Positions 8,273-16,408 of a stretch of 46,663 bases of DNA are shown here, piece by piece; within the stretch, counting starts at the first letter, position 1, and the number at the start of each line of letters is the position of its first letter. Location: the IMG/VR virus record IMGVR_UViG_3300045988_088633. One strand, 5' to 3'. This stretch comes from a virus. The notes under the pieces are model-generated. The model did no database searches, had not been told where the DNA came from, and saw only the letters and a list, made by a program, of their open reading frames with translations. Made by a program: the position numbers and the translations under genes.

Positions 8273-8674
8273 TTGAATTTCAAAAAAGCTATGGGTAAAA
8301 AAGACTACACCATCGAGGAACTTGCTCAAATGGCCTACAAGGGGGCTAGGAGCGATTTTAAGACGCTTTTGCGTGGGTCTGAACAAAGTGCCTACCTAGC
8401 GCTTCGATACCTCTACAAGCTCTATGAGGTGGGCGGAATCTCAAAGGAAGAAGCTGGAAAAACCAAAGCACAGATAACTCGGCGTTATGGTCAAGACCGG
8501 CTTCGTGAGGAACAGCTTGATTCCACAATCAAGGCTTTCGCTGATACCGTGAAGCGCACAGCAACGGCAAATGAAAATTACAGGCGTGAAAGAACGCTTG
8601 ACAATGCTGATAAACTGTGCATGGCTATTGACGGCATCGCCGTACAGAATGGGAGCAACAATAATGCTGTGTGA
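8273..8674 (+). CDS. Hypothetical protein (133 aa)
   Basis: TTG start 6 nt after AGGTGA (alternative ATG 8291). No recognisable motif. Confidence 0.45.
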   Translation: MNFKKAMGKKDYTIEELAQMAYKGARSDFKTLLRGSEQSAYLALRYLYKLYEVGGISKEEAGKTKAQITRRYGQDRLREEQLDSTIKAFADTVKRTATANENYRRERTLDNADKLCMAIDGIAVQNGSNNNAV

Positions 8675-8894
8675 AAAATGTGGCAGCTGGAATGTGTACG
8701 TCAAAGATAATGTGTTTGCACCGCCAGAGAACACAAATTATAGAAAGCGAATCTGCAAAGACTGCGGATATGAGTTCTTCACAGTAGAGTTTTCCGTTGA
8801 AAAAGGCGATGAAACCACAATCAAAGAATGGAACAAATGGCATCGCATAAGCGCAAAAAAAGCCGCAAAGCGTAAAAGCAATGCGGCTAAGTAG
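8664..8894 (+). CDS. Zinc-ribbon protein (NrdR-N-terminal-like CxxC...CxxC)
   Basis: MLCEKCGS...RKRICKDCGYEFFTVE. ATG 8664 follows GGGAG. The C-terminus is basic. Confidence 0.5.
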   Translation: MLCEKCGSWNVYVKDNVFAPPENTNYRKRICKDCGYEFFTVEFSVEKGDETTIKEWNKWHRISAKKAAKRKSNAAK

Positions 8895-8897
8895 GAG

Positions 8898-9386
8898 TTA
8901 CTTCTTGAATTTTTTGCTGTAACCGGGCTGAATCTCTGCAAGGTAAACCATGTCGTAATCGCAGTTTTCCAGTTCCATGTATAGGCTCTCTGCGAATGCA
9001 AGTTCTTTCGACACATCAAGTACAAGATTCTCTTTAACGAAGTCTGCAAAATCTATCGCGTTATCGTTTAAAAGTTCCTTATAGCTTGTGGAGTAGAGGT
9101 CTTTAGTCTTGCGTTCCCATTCCACCCACTTCGCCATTGCGTCCTTTACGGCTCTGCGCTTTGTGGTGGCATCTACATCTTGCCTGCGATAACTGCGCCA
9201 GTTCTGCGGAATGTAACTTTGAGTTGATACAGAGTATTCCGGGATGAACGAGTTTGCGTGTCTCATGTAGAACGAATCAGTTTTTACTAGACTGTCAGAT
9301 TCCTCTTTGTAGTGGTGTTCGTGCATACGCTTGAAGCCTTTTAAATTCAAGAAATCGAAGTATTGGCGCATTTGGTCGTGGAACAT
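8898..9386 (-). CDS. Possible ferritin-like helical-bundle protein
   Basis: YFDFLNLKGFKRMHEHHYKEESDSL resembles the ferritin helix A/B region with E..H ligands. I chose ATG 9386 over the GTG at 9449, which has no usable RBS spacing. Confidence 0.35.
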   Translation of the reverse strand: MFHDQMRQYFDFLNLKGFKRMHEHHYKEESDSLVKTDSFYMRHANSFIPEYSVSTQSYIPQNWRSYRRQDVDATTKRRAVKDAMAKWVEWERKTKDLYSTSYKELLNDNAIDFADFVKENLVLDVSKELAFAESLYMELENCDYDMVYLAEIQPGYSKKFKK

Positions 9387-9445
9387 AACTCCCTCGACCT
9401 GATGCGCTTTTATTCTTGAAAAGACATCGGAAACCGCCACGGAAA

Positions 9446-9877
9446 TCACTCCTTAACAACTTCTACTGCAACATTCATTGTGTTGACTTGCTGGCTATTC
9501 ACATAGATTTGCAGTTTGCTGGACAGCTGACCGCGATACACGCGGATGGGAGCAGTAATAGAGAAGTTCATCAGGTCGTTTGCTGCGGCGGCAGTGGCGC
9601 TCTGAACCGCGCCGGGGACAAGCTGGCCGTCTTGATACAAAGAAACCGTAACAGCGCCAGCGGCAGATGCAGTCAAAGTTGTGTTGACTGAAACGGTGTA
9701 GTAACCGCAAACGGATTCAGCATTGCAAGGGCAAGTGGAAGAACGAATAACAACAGAGTTGTTTGCCAGACGGATGCAGTTGCCATACTGACGGATTGTG
9801 TTTGTGATAGGGAGTGTTTCGCCAGCGCCAACTTCTGTCGTGCCGGTGTAAGTGTAATAACCAAGTGCTTTAGCCAT
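9446..9877 (-). CDS. C1q/TNF-like (BclA C-terminal-domain-like) beta-sandwich protein
   Basis: The pattern GYYTVSVNTTL..AAGAVTVSLYQDGQLVPGA...NFSITAPIRV...LQIYVNS matches BclA/C1q-like domains. Confidence 0.4.
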   Translation of the reverse strand: MAKALGYYTYTGTTEVGAGETLPITNTIRQYGNCIRLANNSVVIRSSTCPCNAESVCGYYTVSVNTTLTASAAGAVTVSLYQDGQLVPGAVQSATAAAANDLMNFSITAPIRVYRGQLSSKLQIYVNSQQVNTMNVAVEVVKE

Positions 9878-9904
9878 TTTGTATATTCCTCATTTCTCAT
9901 ATTG

Positions 9905-9941
9905 ATAAAATAAAAAGCAGGGCAAGTAATTCCTGCCCTGC
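9905..9941 (-). terminator. Rho-independent terminator
   Basis: The 8-bp stem GCAGGGCA/TGCCCTGC (9917-9924/9934-9941) is followed on the minus strand by TTTTTATTTTAT. Confidence 0.7.
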
Positions 9942-9977
9942 CTGTCACCTCGCCATCAGGGCGTGTCTAAGTCAAAG

Positions 9978-10637
9978 TTAGACGTTTGTTGCGTAGCAGC
10001 CAGCGCAGCCGCCACAGAACGGGGACTGACCCGCGCTGTAAGCGTAGCTCATGGGGTACTTCACAACGCCAACCATCTGGGAAGCGAGTTCCAGAGCACT
10101 GATTTTAGCAGCTTGCTCTTGAATCTGGCGCTCAAGGCCAGCCTTTTCCAGAGCCGCGAACTTGTCATCAATGTTCTTGTTGATGGCGGCGGTGTTGATA
10201 GCACCGTTGTAGTTTACGCTGTCAATGCCACGCTGGGTAGTGCAGCAGCACTGCGACAGCTGGGAAGCGAGAGCCGCGGCGTTGTTGCTTGCTTGCAGCT
10301 GCAAGTTAGCTTGGCCGAGCGCGACATCCTTTCCCAGACCTGCGATGTTGCCCTGCATATCGTAGCCAAGGCTACAAATGCCGTTGCCGATGTTGGTCAG
10401 GCGGTCATTGATTTGACCAAAGTGCTGACCGAACAGAATGTCCTGCTGGGAAGCCGCAGTTGCGTACTTACCGAGTTCGCCGTTGTTGTAACGACCACCC
10501 CAGCCGCCGCCCATGAAGCCAAAGAACAGCAGAATCAGCACCAGCCAAGAAATGCCATCGCCACCGAAACCAGTGTTGCCACGGGTCAGAGCGGCAATAT
10601 CGGCAGGGGACATCATGCTAGAATCTTCCATTGCCAT
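9978..10637 (-). CDS. Membrane protein, Gly/Gln/Ala-rich with Cys-rich C-terminus (unknown function)
   Basis: One TM segment (ISWLVLILLFFGFMGGGW), a QCCC motif and a terminal PFCGGCAGCY. ATG 10637 lies 8 nt after AAGGTGG. Confidence 0.5.
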   Translation of the reverse strand: MAMEDSSMMSPADIAALTRGNTGFGGDGISWLVLILLFFGFMGGGWGGRYNNGELGKYATAASQQDILFGQHFGQINDRLTNIGNGICSLGYDMQGNIAGLGKDVALGQANLQLQASNNAAALASQLSQCCCTTQRGIDSVNYNGAINTAAINKNIDDKFAALEKAGLERQIQEQAAKISALELASQMVGVVKYPMSYAYSAGQSPFCGGCAGCYATNV

Positions 10638-10708
10638 GAGAAGTTCCACCTTTCATAAAATTGTGTATTTGAGAAAAGCAATATTGCGCACTACTGCTTA
10701 ACTGCTAG

Positions 10709-10945
10709 TTAAAGGAAGCTCTTTACTTGCGGATAAATCTGTTCAGCCATCTTTTTGGCTTGGTCTACTTGCTGTTGGCTGAATCTGCCGGTTTTTACAA
10801 GTTCGTCAATAACAGCGCCGGGATTCCGAGAACCAACCATCTGCTTTACCTGCCCGAGCATCTGAATCATTTGCATCGGGTCACTTTGCAGATTTGGTGT
10901 TGACGCGGCGTTCGCCTGTTGGAACAGAGAAGTCAGAGGATTCAT
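10709..10945 (-). CDS. Hypothetical protein (78 aa)
   Basis: ATG preceded by AAAGGAG. Gln-rich. Confidence 0.55.
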   Translation of the reverse strand: MNPLTSLFQQANAASTPNLQSDPMQMIQMLGQVKQMVGSRNPGAVIDELVKTGRFSQQQVDQAKKMAEQIYPQVKSFL

Positions 10946-11363
10946 TCTTCACATCTCCTTTAATATTCAATAATTCATTAAGTCGTTCGTCTACAATCTG
11001 ACGGATTCTACTTTCGTCCAGTTGCTTACAATCTGTAAGCGGCTCTCCCGATGTTTCGGAGAACTTGAACTTCTTGAATGTGACAGCGCCAGAAACATCG
11101 CAGGACTTCACATAGAAGTACGGATTATTGTTGTCCATAAACCAAGCTGTTTGATTCGGCTGCACAATGCGATTTCTTGCATCTTCCTCACTGGAAACAA
11201 AAATCCAAGGCATTGAGCCGTAACCCTGATTTAGGCCGTCTGGGGCGTTCTGTGCCTTAGGCATAAAACTATTCGTCTGCGGTTGATAAAGCTGTTGTGG
11301 AGCTTGCCAGCCGCCATACGGCTGATTGTAGCCCATAGGTGAGCCATACATAGGCATCTGCAC
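10881..11363 (-). CDS. Hypothetical protein with P/Q/G/Y-rich N-terminus
   Basis: GTG 11363 lies 7 nt after GAGGTG. It overlaps the next gene by 65 nt. Confidence 0.5.
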   Translation of the reverse strand: MQMPMYGSPMGYNQPYGGWQAPQQLYQPQTNSFMPKAQNAPDGLNQGYGSMPWIFVSSEEDARNRIVQPNQTAWFMDNNNPYFYVKSCDVSGAVTFKKFKFSETSGEPLTDCKQLDESRIRQIVDERLNELLNIKGDVKNESSDFSVPTGERRVNTKSAK

Positions 11364-11394
11364 TGTCTAACACCTCATTTCTGATTCAATTATA

Positions 11395-11440
11395 AAAAGA
11401 AAAAGCCCTATCGAGAAGTCCCGATAAGGCTTTTATTTGT
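11395..11440 (-). terminator. Rho-independent terminator (potentially bidirectional)
   Basis: Stem AGCCCTATCG/CGATAAGGCT (11404-11413/11422-11431) has T-runs on both strands. Confidence 0.7.
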
Positions 11441-11447
11441 CTATTAT

Positions 11448-11945
11448 TCAGATGTGTTTGAACAGTTGTTCTTCGGCTTTATAGGTGATAACTTTGATTC
11501 GCTGGACGGAGTAGCCAAATTCTTCTGAAAGCTGGTCAAACGTCCGCTCATCAATCAGGCGACGTTTCAGAACAGCTCTCGGCGTTTCCCCTCTTACCCA
11601 CAAATCAATCAGTTCGGATAACTCTTTGTTAGAAATATCCTCACTTACCACTCTTTTTGCCATTGCTTTGATTCTTTCTAACGCGGTTTCTTGTGTTGCG
11701 TCAACTGTTTGCGTTGTAGTGGTTGTTACTGTTTCCGATGCCTGCACTTGGAACTGTGCTTCATAAAACAGCCACGCAACATTTGTTGCAACAAGCAGAA
11801 CGATAAGCAGAACAATAATCGAAAAGTATCGCTTCTCGCGCTTCTCGTGACGCATTTCGCAAGATTCAAACACAAACTGTGAAATGTAATTATCTGTCCC
11901 GCTGGTAGGGTCTTTCACCATGTCCAGCTTTGTATCAACGTCCAT
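11448..11945 (-). CDS. Membrane-anchored protein with C-terminal sigma-70 region-4-like HTH
   Basis: A TM segment (YFSIIVLLIVLLVATNVAWLFY) follows RHEKREKR. The C-terminus reads LIDERTFDQLSEEFGYSVQRIKVITYKAEEQL. ATG 11945 follows AAGGTG. Confidence 0.5.
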   Translation of the reverse strand: MDVDTKLDMVKDPTSGTDNYISQFVFESCEMRHEKREKRYFSIIVLLIVLLVATNVAWLFYEAQFQVQASETVTTTTTQTVDATQETALERIKAMAKRVVSEDISNKELSELIDLWVRGETPRAVLKRRLIDERTFDQLSEEFGYSVQRIKVITYKAEEQLFKHI

Positions 11946-11957
11946 TGGATTCACACC

Positions 11958-12167
11958 TTAATCATCAAACAGTTTGTCCTTGATTTCTTCAAGGTTTTTT
12001 CGGATTTCGGGAAGCTCTTTTGAAAGGGTTTCAATTATGCCGTATAGCTTATCCTCGCGTTCCTTGGAAGTCTTAACGACCCACCAAATCAGGATGAAAA
12101 ACGACACGATAACGCAGCCAAGAACGCCGTAGTTCATGTAAACGTTTTGGGCAACTTCTGTCGGCAT
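11958..12167 (-). CDS. BhlA/UviB-family holin-like protein
   Basis: An N-terminal TM segment is followed by VKTSKEREDKLY, close to the BhlA signature KTSKERESKLY. 69 aa. RBS GAGGTG. Confidence 0.7.
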   Translation of the reverse strand: MPTEVAQNVYMNYGVLGCVIVSFFILIWWVVKTSKEREDKLYGIIETLSKELPEIRKNLEEIKDKLFDD

Positions 12168-12170
12168 AAG

Positions 12171-12398
12171 TCACACCTCGCTCAACTCTGCATTGTCGTA
12201 GCCGAGAGACTTTAACTTGAACTTAAAGTTCTCTGCGTTTTCGCGGCTTGCAAATCGAACAAAGACTTGATACTCTTTCGCTTGAGGAATATCTTCTACC
12301 GGCACAACTTCGTCAGGAACTACGTCAGTAGAAACAGCAATCGGCTCTGCATCACCGATTTGCCTTTGACTTGCAATCTCTGCTTTCTTAGTGCGCAT
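12171..12398 (-). CDS. Small protein with SPOR-like C-terminal beta-alpha-beta segment
   Basis: YQVFVRFASRENAENFKFKLKSLGYDNAEL. ATG 12398 lies 7 nt after GGGGTG. Confidence 0.35.
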   Translation of the reverse strand: MRTKKAEIASQRQIGDAEPIAVSTDVVPDEVVPVEDIPQAKEYQVFVRFASRENAENFKFKLKSLGYDNAELSEV

Positions 12399-12413
12399 CT
12401 TCAAACACCCCTA

Positions 12414-12686
12414 TTATTTATTAGAGGACTTGAAAATGCCCTCATACAGTGCAACAGCAGTTGCACCAGAGCCAATACCCATTGCGCACGCGGTAAACGC
12501 ATCCGTGGCAGGGTAAATAGACGGGTAAACGACCCAAGCAGCAATGCTAAGAATTGCGCCAGCAATCATGCAGATGACAGGAATCCACTTATTGTCTGCC
12601 GAGGTCTTTGTCTTGTACGCATAAGCGATAAGCTCAACAATGGCGGTAATAGATGCCATCGAAGCAACATTCATGAAAATATCCAC
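12414..12686 (-). CDS. Holin (phage phi LC3 / LL-H-like family)
   Basis: 90 aa with the pattern NKWIPVICMIAGAILSI...GIGSGATAVALYEG. The GTG start lies 6 nt after GAGGTGA. Confidence 0.65.
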   Translation of the reverse strand: MDIFMNVASMASITAIVELIAYAYKTKTSADNKWIPVICMIAGAILSIAAWVVYPSIYPATDAFTACAMGIGSGATAVALYEGIFKSSNK

Positions 12687-12734
12687 CTTGTATCACCTCT
12701 TTTTATTGTAGTTTAGCATACCAGCTCGAAGTTG

Positions 12735-12983
12735 TCAAGCGTCATTTTTAATCTGCTCATTCGTTTCGGCATTTTCCGAGGTTACGTCAGATGCGGCATC
12801 CAGCGCATCGTAGTATTCCTGTGCCAGCGCTTCCACCTCTGCAATGTCATCTTCTGTCAGTAGCCCATTGTCAAGGTGCGTGTACGCCTTGTCAAGCCAA
12901 AAGGCAACATCGCGCCCCGCTGCAATCTCTCGCTTGATGCTACGCAGCGTTAAATCGTGCCGCGCTTTACTCTTGATAGCCAT
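12735..12983 (-). CDS. Hypothetical small protein downstream of the tail fibre
   Basis: ATG 12983 follows AAAGGAG. The C-terminus is acidic. Confidence 0.5.
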   Translation of the reverse strand: MAIKSKARHDLTLRSIKREIAAGRDVAFWLDKAYTHLDNGLLTEDDIAEVEALAQEYYDALDAASDVTSENAETNEQIKNDA

Positions 12984-12996
12984 TTTATTACTCCTT

Positions 12997-15690
12997 TCAG
13001 TTGATAGAAGCAACCGCTGCTTCCAAATCCTCAATGCGTTTAATGGGGTCTGCGCGTCCCGTCACAGTCGTGCTGTCGGCATCGGTCAGCACGGTATTCA
13101 GTCCTGCAAGCGCGGGCAACGCCTGTGCGCCTGTCGCGGTAAACGGCACCGGCTCTGCCAGCTTGTAAGCAATTTGGACAGGTGTTCCCGCGGCGTTCTG
13201 GGCGGCAAGATAGGATGAAAACGCACTTGTGTCCGTAAACATATTTGTATAAATACGGATAATTGCTATTCCAGCAAAGCTAACGTTTCTAAAGTGCGAA
13301 CATATCTTTGCAATCGGTGTTTTATCAAAGGAATATTTAGTCGTGTAAAAAAATTGCCCTGTACCACCAGCATCAAATACTAGCCAATTCTCTGTACCAT
13401 CAAAGGATATGGCTTGCCACGTCTCCTGCCCCTCACCGCTCACCGCGTCCACCTCACCGCCATAAACGGTTTCAGGCAGGGTCAGGGTGTTGGTTTGGCC
13501 GTTGTATGGCGTGTAGGTGGTAGGGGCGGTGGTGCCAGCATAAATTCCAAAGTCGTATGCCACAAAGCTGCCAGATTCGATGTTTTGTGCATAAAATATA
13601 ATCGAACCGCTTGCTAGCTCGGGCATGGTTACTGTAACCGTCTTTGTCTTTTTCCCATTCTTCGTTAGCTCATCGTTTGCATCATCAAACCAGCACTGCA
13701 GCGTGTATACTTCTGTGCCGTCGGCAAGTGTTCCGTGGCATTCAAAGCCTATCCTTTTTCGCCATTCGTCCTCAACATCATCATTGAAAACAATATTTTG
13801 TGTTTCTGTGGAAAAAGTCAGGGTTAATTCCTTCCCAGCGCAAGCCTTTGACAAGAGTAATAAAGCATCAGATGACATAATTTGCTGTTTATAAATGTTT
13901 TCAATACGTTCTCCGAATGGCAGCAGATTCTCCCCGCACCGTTCGACATTTACGCTGTCCCTGCCCTTGATGGGACGAATGTTTTCGTATGGCGCATAGG
14001 CTGTTGCAGTCGCACCTTTCTCTATCTGCGGTTTTGCCGAAACATTATCCAGTGTGCCAGAGGCGGCAAAAAACAAGGAGGCATTTTGTATGTCATTCTC
14101 TACTGTAAACGTATGTGGCTGTCCAACTTTTTGCACGGCAATCGTAGCACTGCCTGCATCCCTATTGAGAATTGATATACGGAAATGCGACATTGCGCTA
14201 ATCGTGTATGTACCTGCAGGAAGCGAAAAATTATCAGAGTTGTAGTATGTAGTTCCACTTGCCGTTCCGTTTGCTGTTACGGTGCCATCGGGGGTTGTGG
14301 TCCACGTCACTCCATGGTCTATGCCTTTTTCTGGCATCCATGCAGGGTTAAACAGGTTCTTCCCGCCACCTGATGGATACGGTGTACCGCTCCCTTCCTG
14401 CATGGGTTCCCAGCTGGCCTTTACCCCCAGCGGATAACCCGCCACGGGGTAGCACACAACAGGGTTGCCGCTTTCTTCCAGCGGCGGGCAGAGCATATCA
14501 ATGATGTTCTTGCTGCTCCACGGCTTGTCCCCGATGCTGCTGTCATCGGGAGTTATGTTCGCCACCTGCTGTTTCAGCGTAGCAATATCATTCACTGCTG
14601 TCGTGTAATCTTCTGGCAAGCTATCGGCAACGTCCTGTGCCTTTTTCGCACTTGCGGCAGCGTTTACCTCGCTGGTTGCCGCTGCCGTTTTACTTTCCAG
14701 TGCTGCCTGTGCGGATTCCGACGCAGCTTGTTCACTCGCCTTTGCTGCTTTTTCACTTTTAGCAGCTTTTAATTCCGATGTTTCTGCCGCCCGTTCACTT
14801 CCCGCAGCAGCGCTTGCAGAGTTTTCCGCTGCATTAGCTGAACCTGCCGCAGCTTCGGCGCTGCCCGCTGCCGCAACTTTGGCATCGAATGCGGTTTTAG
14901 CATCTATTGCCGCGCTCTGCTGGCTTTTCGACGCAGCGTCGGCGCTTGCTGCTGCCACACTCTGGCTTTCTGCGGCATTTTTTGCACTCTGCTGTGCGGC
15001 TAGTGCGCTTTTATGTGCATTTTCTGCGTTCAGTGCGCTGCCACCTGCCGCGTCTGTAGCGATACCTGCTGAACGTTCTGCTTCTTCGGCGGCGTTACTT
15101 GCTGCAATGCCCGCCTGTGTGGCACGCTCTGCGGCTTCCTGCGCAGCTGTTTTACTTTCTGCTGCGTTCTTTTCACTCAAAGCCGCAGCTGTTGCCGCCC
15201 GTACAGCTTCTTCCTTGTATGGCTTTACAGTGTCTGCCGCATCTTTCGCTGCGTTTTTGGCGCTCTGCTCTGCGTTCTTGGCGGCGGTTTGTGCGTCCTT
15301 ACTTAGAGTTAAAACTTGTTGCAGCAGGTCGGGCGTAGGCTCTGCTGGCTCTGTACCGCTTGCATTTGAGTGTTTCCTTACGATGTACTCACAATCGGCA
15401 GAAATGCGCTGTACTCCGTCTGCAAGACCTACAAACACAATCGTTCCAACGCCGTACAAGTCAGCAGTAGCTTCCTTCGGAACTTTAATCACGCCGGTAA
15501 CGGAATCAACAGCAACTTGAACAGGCTTTTTGTTTGGTGGATTAAATGTCGCTATTACGCTCAAGTTTACCCAATCCGGCGCTTCAACAATTTGAAGCTG
15601 CTCCTCTCCATAGCTGTCAAATGTACCGAGTTCCAGCTTTTCACCATTCTCTGTAGTGGCATTGTAACCATTAAGTTTTATAACGTGCAT
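12997..15690 (-). CDS. Tail fibre protein (long)
   Basis: 897 aa from ATG 15690. It has a long Ala/Ser/Glu/Lys repeat coil (AAKNAEQSAKNAAKDAA...) typical of fibre shafts, then a globular Gly/Thr-rich C-terminal half. Confidence 0.75.
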   Translation of the reverse strand: MHVIKLNGYNATTENGEKLELGTFDSYGEEQLQIVEAPDWVNLSVIATFNPPNKKPVQVAVDSVTGVIKVPKEATADLYGVGTIVFVGLADGVQRISADCEYIVRKHSNASGTEPAEPTPDLLQQVLTLSKDAQTAAKNAEQSAKNAAKDAADTVKPYKEEAVRAATAAALSEKNAAESKTAAQEAAERATQAGIAASNAAEEAERSAGIATDAAGGSALNAENAHKSALAAQQSAKNAAESQSVAAASADAASKSQQSAAIDAKTAFDAKVAAAGSAEAAAGSANAAENSASAAAGSERAAETSELKAAKSEKAAKASEQAASESAQAALESKTAAATSEVNAAASAKKAQDVADSLPEDYTTAVNDIATLKQQVANITPDDSSIGDKPWSSKNIIDMLCPPLEESGNPVVCYPVAGYPLGVKASWEPMQEGSGTPYPSGGGKNLFNPAWMPEKGIDHGVTWTTTPDGTVTANGTASGTTYYNSDNFSLPAGTYTISAMSHFRISILNRDAGSATIAVQKVGQPHTFTVENDIQNASLFFAASGTLDNVSAKPQIEKGATATAYAPYENIRPIKGRDSVNVERCGENLLPFGERIENIYKQQIMSSDALLLLSKACAGKELTLTFSTETQNIVFNDDVEDEWRKRIGFECHGTLADGTEVYTLQCWFDDANDELTKNGKKTKTVTVTMPELASGSIIFYAQNIESGSFVAYDFGIYAGTTAPTTYTPYNGQTNTLTLPETVYGGEVDAVSGEGQETWQAISFDGTENWLVFDAGGTGQFFYTTKYSFDKTPIAKICSHFRNVSFAGIAIIRIYTNMFTDTSAFSSYLAAQNAAGTPVQIAYKLAEPVPFTATGAQALPALAGLNTVLTDADSTTVTGRADPIKRIEDLEAAVASIN

Positions 15691-15691
15691 A

Positions 15692-15850
15692 TTATTCCAC
15701 CCACTCGGATTTATATAGGTTTTTCTCCACAAGGCCAAGCTCCTTGCAGAGGCTATAAATTTTATCAGCGTCACCCTGCGAAACCGGCCCGACAGAGATT
15801 AGCTGTAACTTGGACTTAGGTTCATCAACTTCTTTGTTAGCAGTTCTCAT
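15692..15850 (-). CDS. 52-aa stand-alone paralogue of the M23-peptidase C-terminal domain
   Basis: MRTANKEVDEPKSKLQLISVGPVSQGDADKIYSLCKELGLVEKNLYKSEWVE is 35/46 identical to the C-terminus of 17437..18090. ATG 15850 sits 1 nt after the upstream stop. Confidence 0.55.
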   Translation of the reverse strand: MRTANKEVDEPKSKLQLISVGPVSQGDADKIYSLCKELGLVEKNLYKSEWVE

Positions 15851-15851
15851 T

Positions 15852-16283
15852 TCACGCAATGCGGCGGTAACGGTAAGTGCCGATGTAGGGCTGCATATTG
15901 TTGTGGGGCTGACCTCCACCCTCTGGACGTGTCGTAAGATTTGTGTTGTCGTACACATCGAAGGGATGAGTTGGTGCATATTGCGTTGATGAGGCGGCTG
16001 TGATGCCGATTGCCCATCCGTGGAGCTTATGCTGATGGGACGGAATCTCTACAATATTCAGTGTATGTTCCTTCTCACCGCCAGTGCTACCCGCATCATA
16101 CTCTCCGCCAGCACCCACCGTTACCCGGTCAATACCGTACCGTTCCCACGTGCCATAACCAAAATAATTGTGCACTTTTTCTGGCGTGCTTAAATCTGGT
16201 GCACCGGAAATTCCAGTTGGGTCAAATTCAAAAATATACCCAATGGGGAGTTCTTGCATCCACACTCCAATAAAATTACTCAT
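15852..16283 (-). CDS. Phage tail-collar domain protein (MdpB-like)
   Basis: Contains GGEKEHTLNIVEIPSHQH and GGGQPHNNMQPY, the tail-collar signature. ATG 16283 overlaps the XkdX-like stop. Confidence 0.7.
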   Translation of the reverse strand: MSNFIGVWMQELPIGYIFEFDPTGISGAPDLSTPEKVHNYFGYGTWERYGIDRVTVGAGGEYDAGSTGGEKEHTLNIVEIPSHQHKLHGWAIGITAASSTQYAPTHPFDVYDNTNLTTRPEGGGQPHNNMQPYIGTYRYRRIA

Positions 16284-16407
16284 TTTTTGTCCCTTCCACA
16301 ATGGCTTTGTACTGTTCTTTGGTAATCAGCCCTTTCCTGACGGCCTGAGCAACCATGGATTCGGTCCACCAGCCTTTTTTATGCCAAAGTTTAATTTTTT
16401 CGTACAT
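16276..16407 (-). CDS. XkdX-family mini-protein (43 aa, below the ORF-track cutoff)
   Basis: My own translation gives MYEKIKLWHKKGWWTESMVAQAVRKGLITKEQYKAIVEGTKNE. It follows RBS GAGGAG. The W..G.WT...V...V.KG.IT.E.Y pattern fits XkdX. Confidence 0.65.
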   Translation of the reverse strand: MYEKIKLWHKKGWWTESMVAQAVRKGLITKEQYKAIVEGTKNE

Positions 16408-16408
16408 T

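Noticed and set aside
9963-10658. 231-aa plus-strand ORF
   Set aside because: It mirrors the minus-strand gene 9978..10637 across its full length. It has no RBS and is convergent with the surrounding operon.
10881-10945. 65-nt overlap between 10881..11363 and 10709..10945 as a possible frameshift site
   Set aside because: The downstream gene has its own ATG with a strong AAAGGAG RBS, and I saw no slippery heptamer. An ordinary overlap is the simpler explanation.
14879-15520. 213-aa Ala-rich plus-strand ORF and neighbouring small ORFs (13414..15819)
   Set aside because: These are antisense shadows of the Ala/Ser/Glu-rich coil of the tail fibre; GCN-rich repeats stay open on both strands. I also looked for DNA-level tandem repeats or a variable-region/template-repeat pair (DGR). 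I saw only imperfect amino-acid-level periodicity and no reverse transcriptase anywhere.
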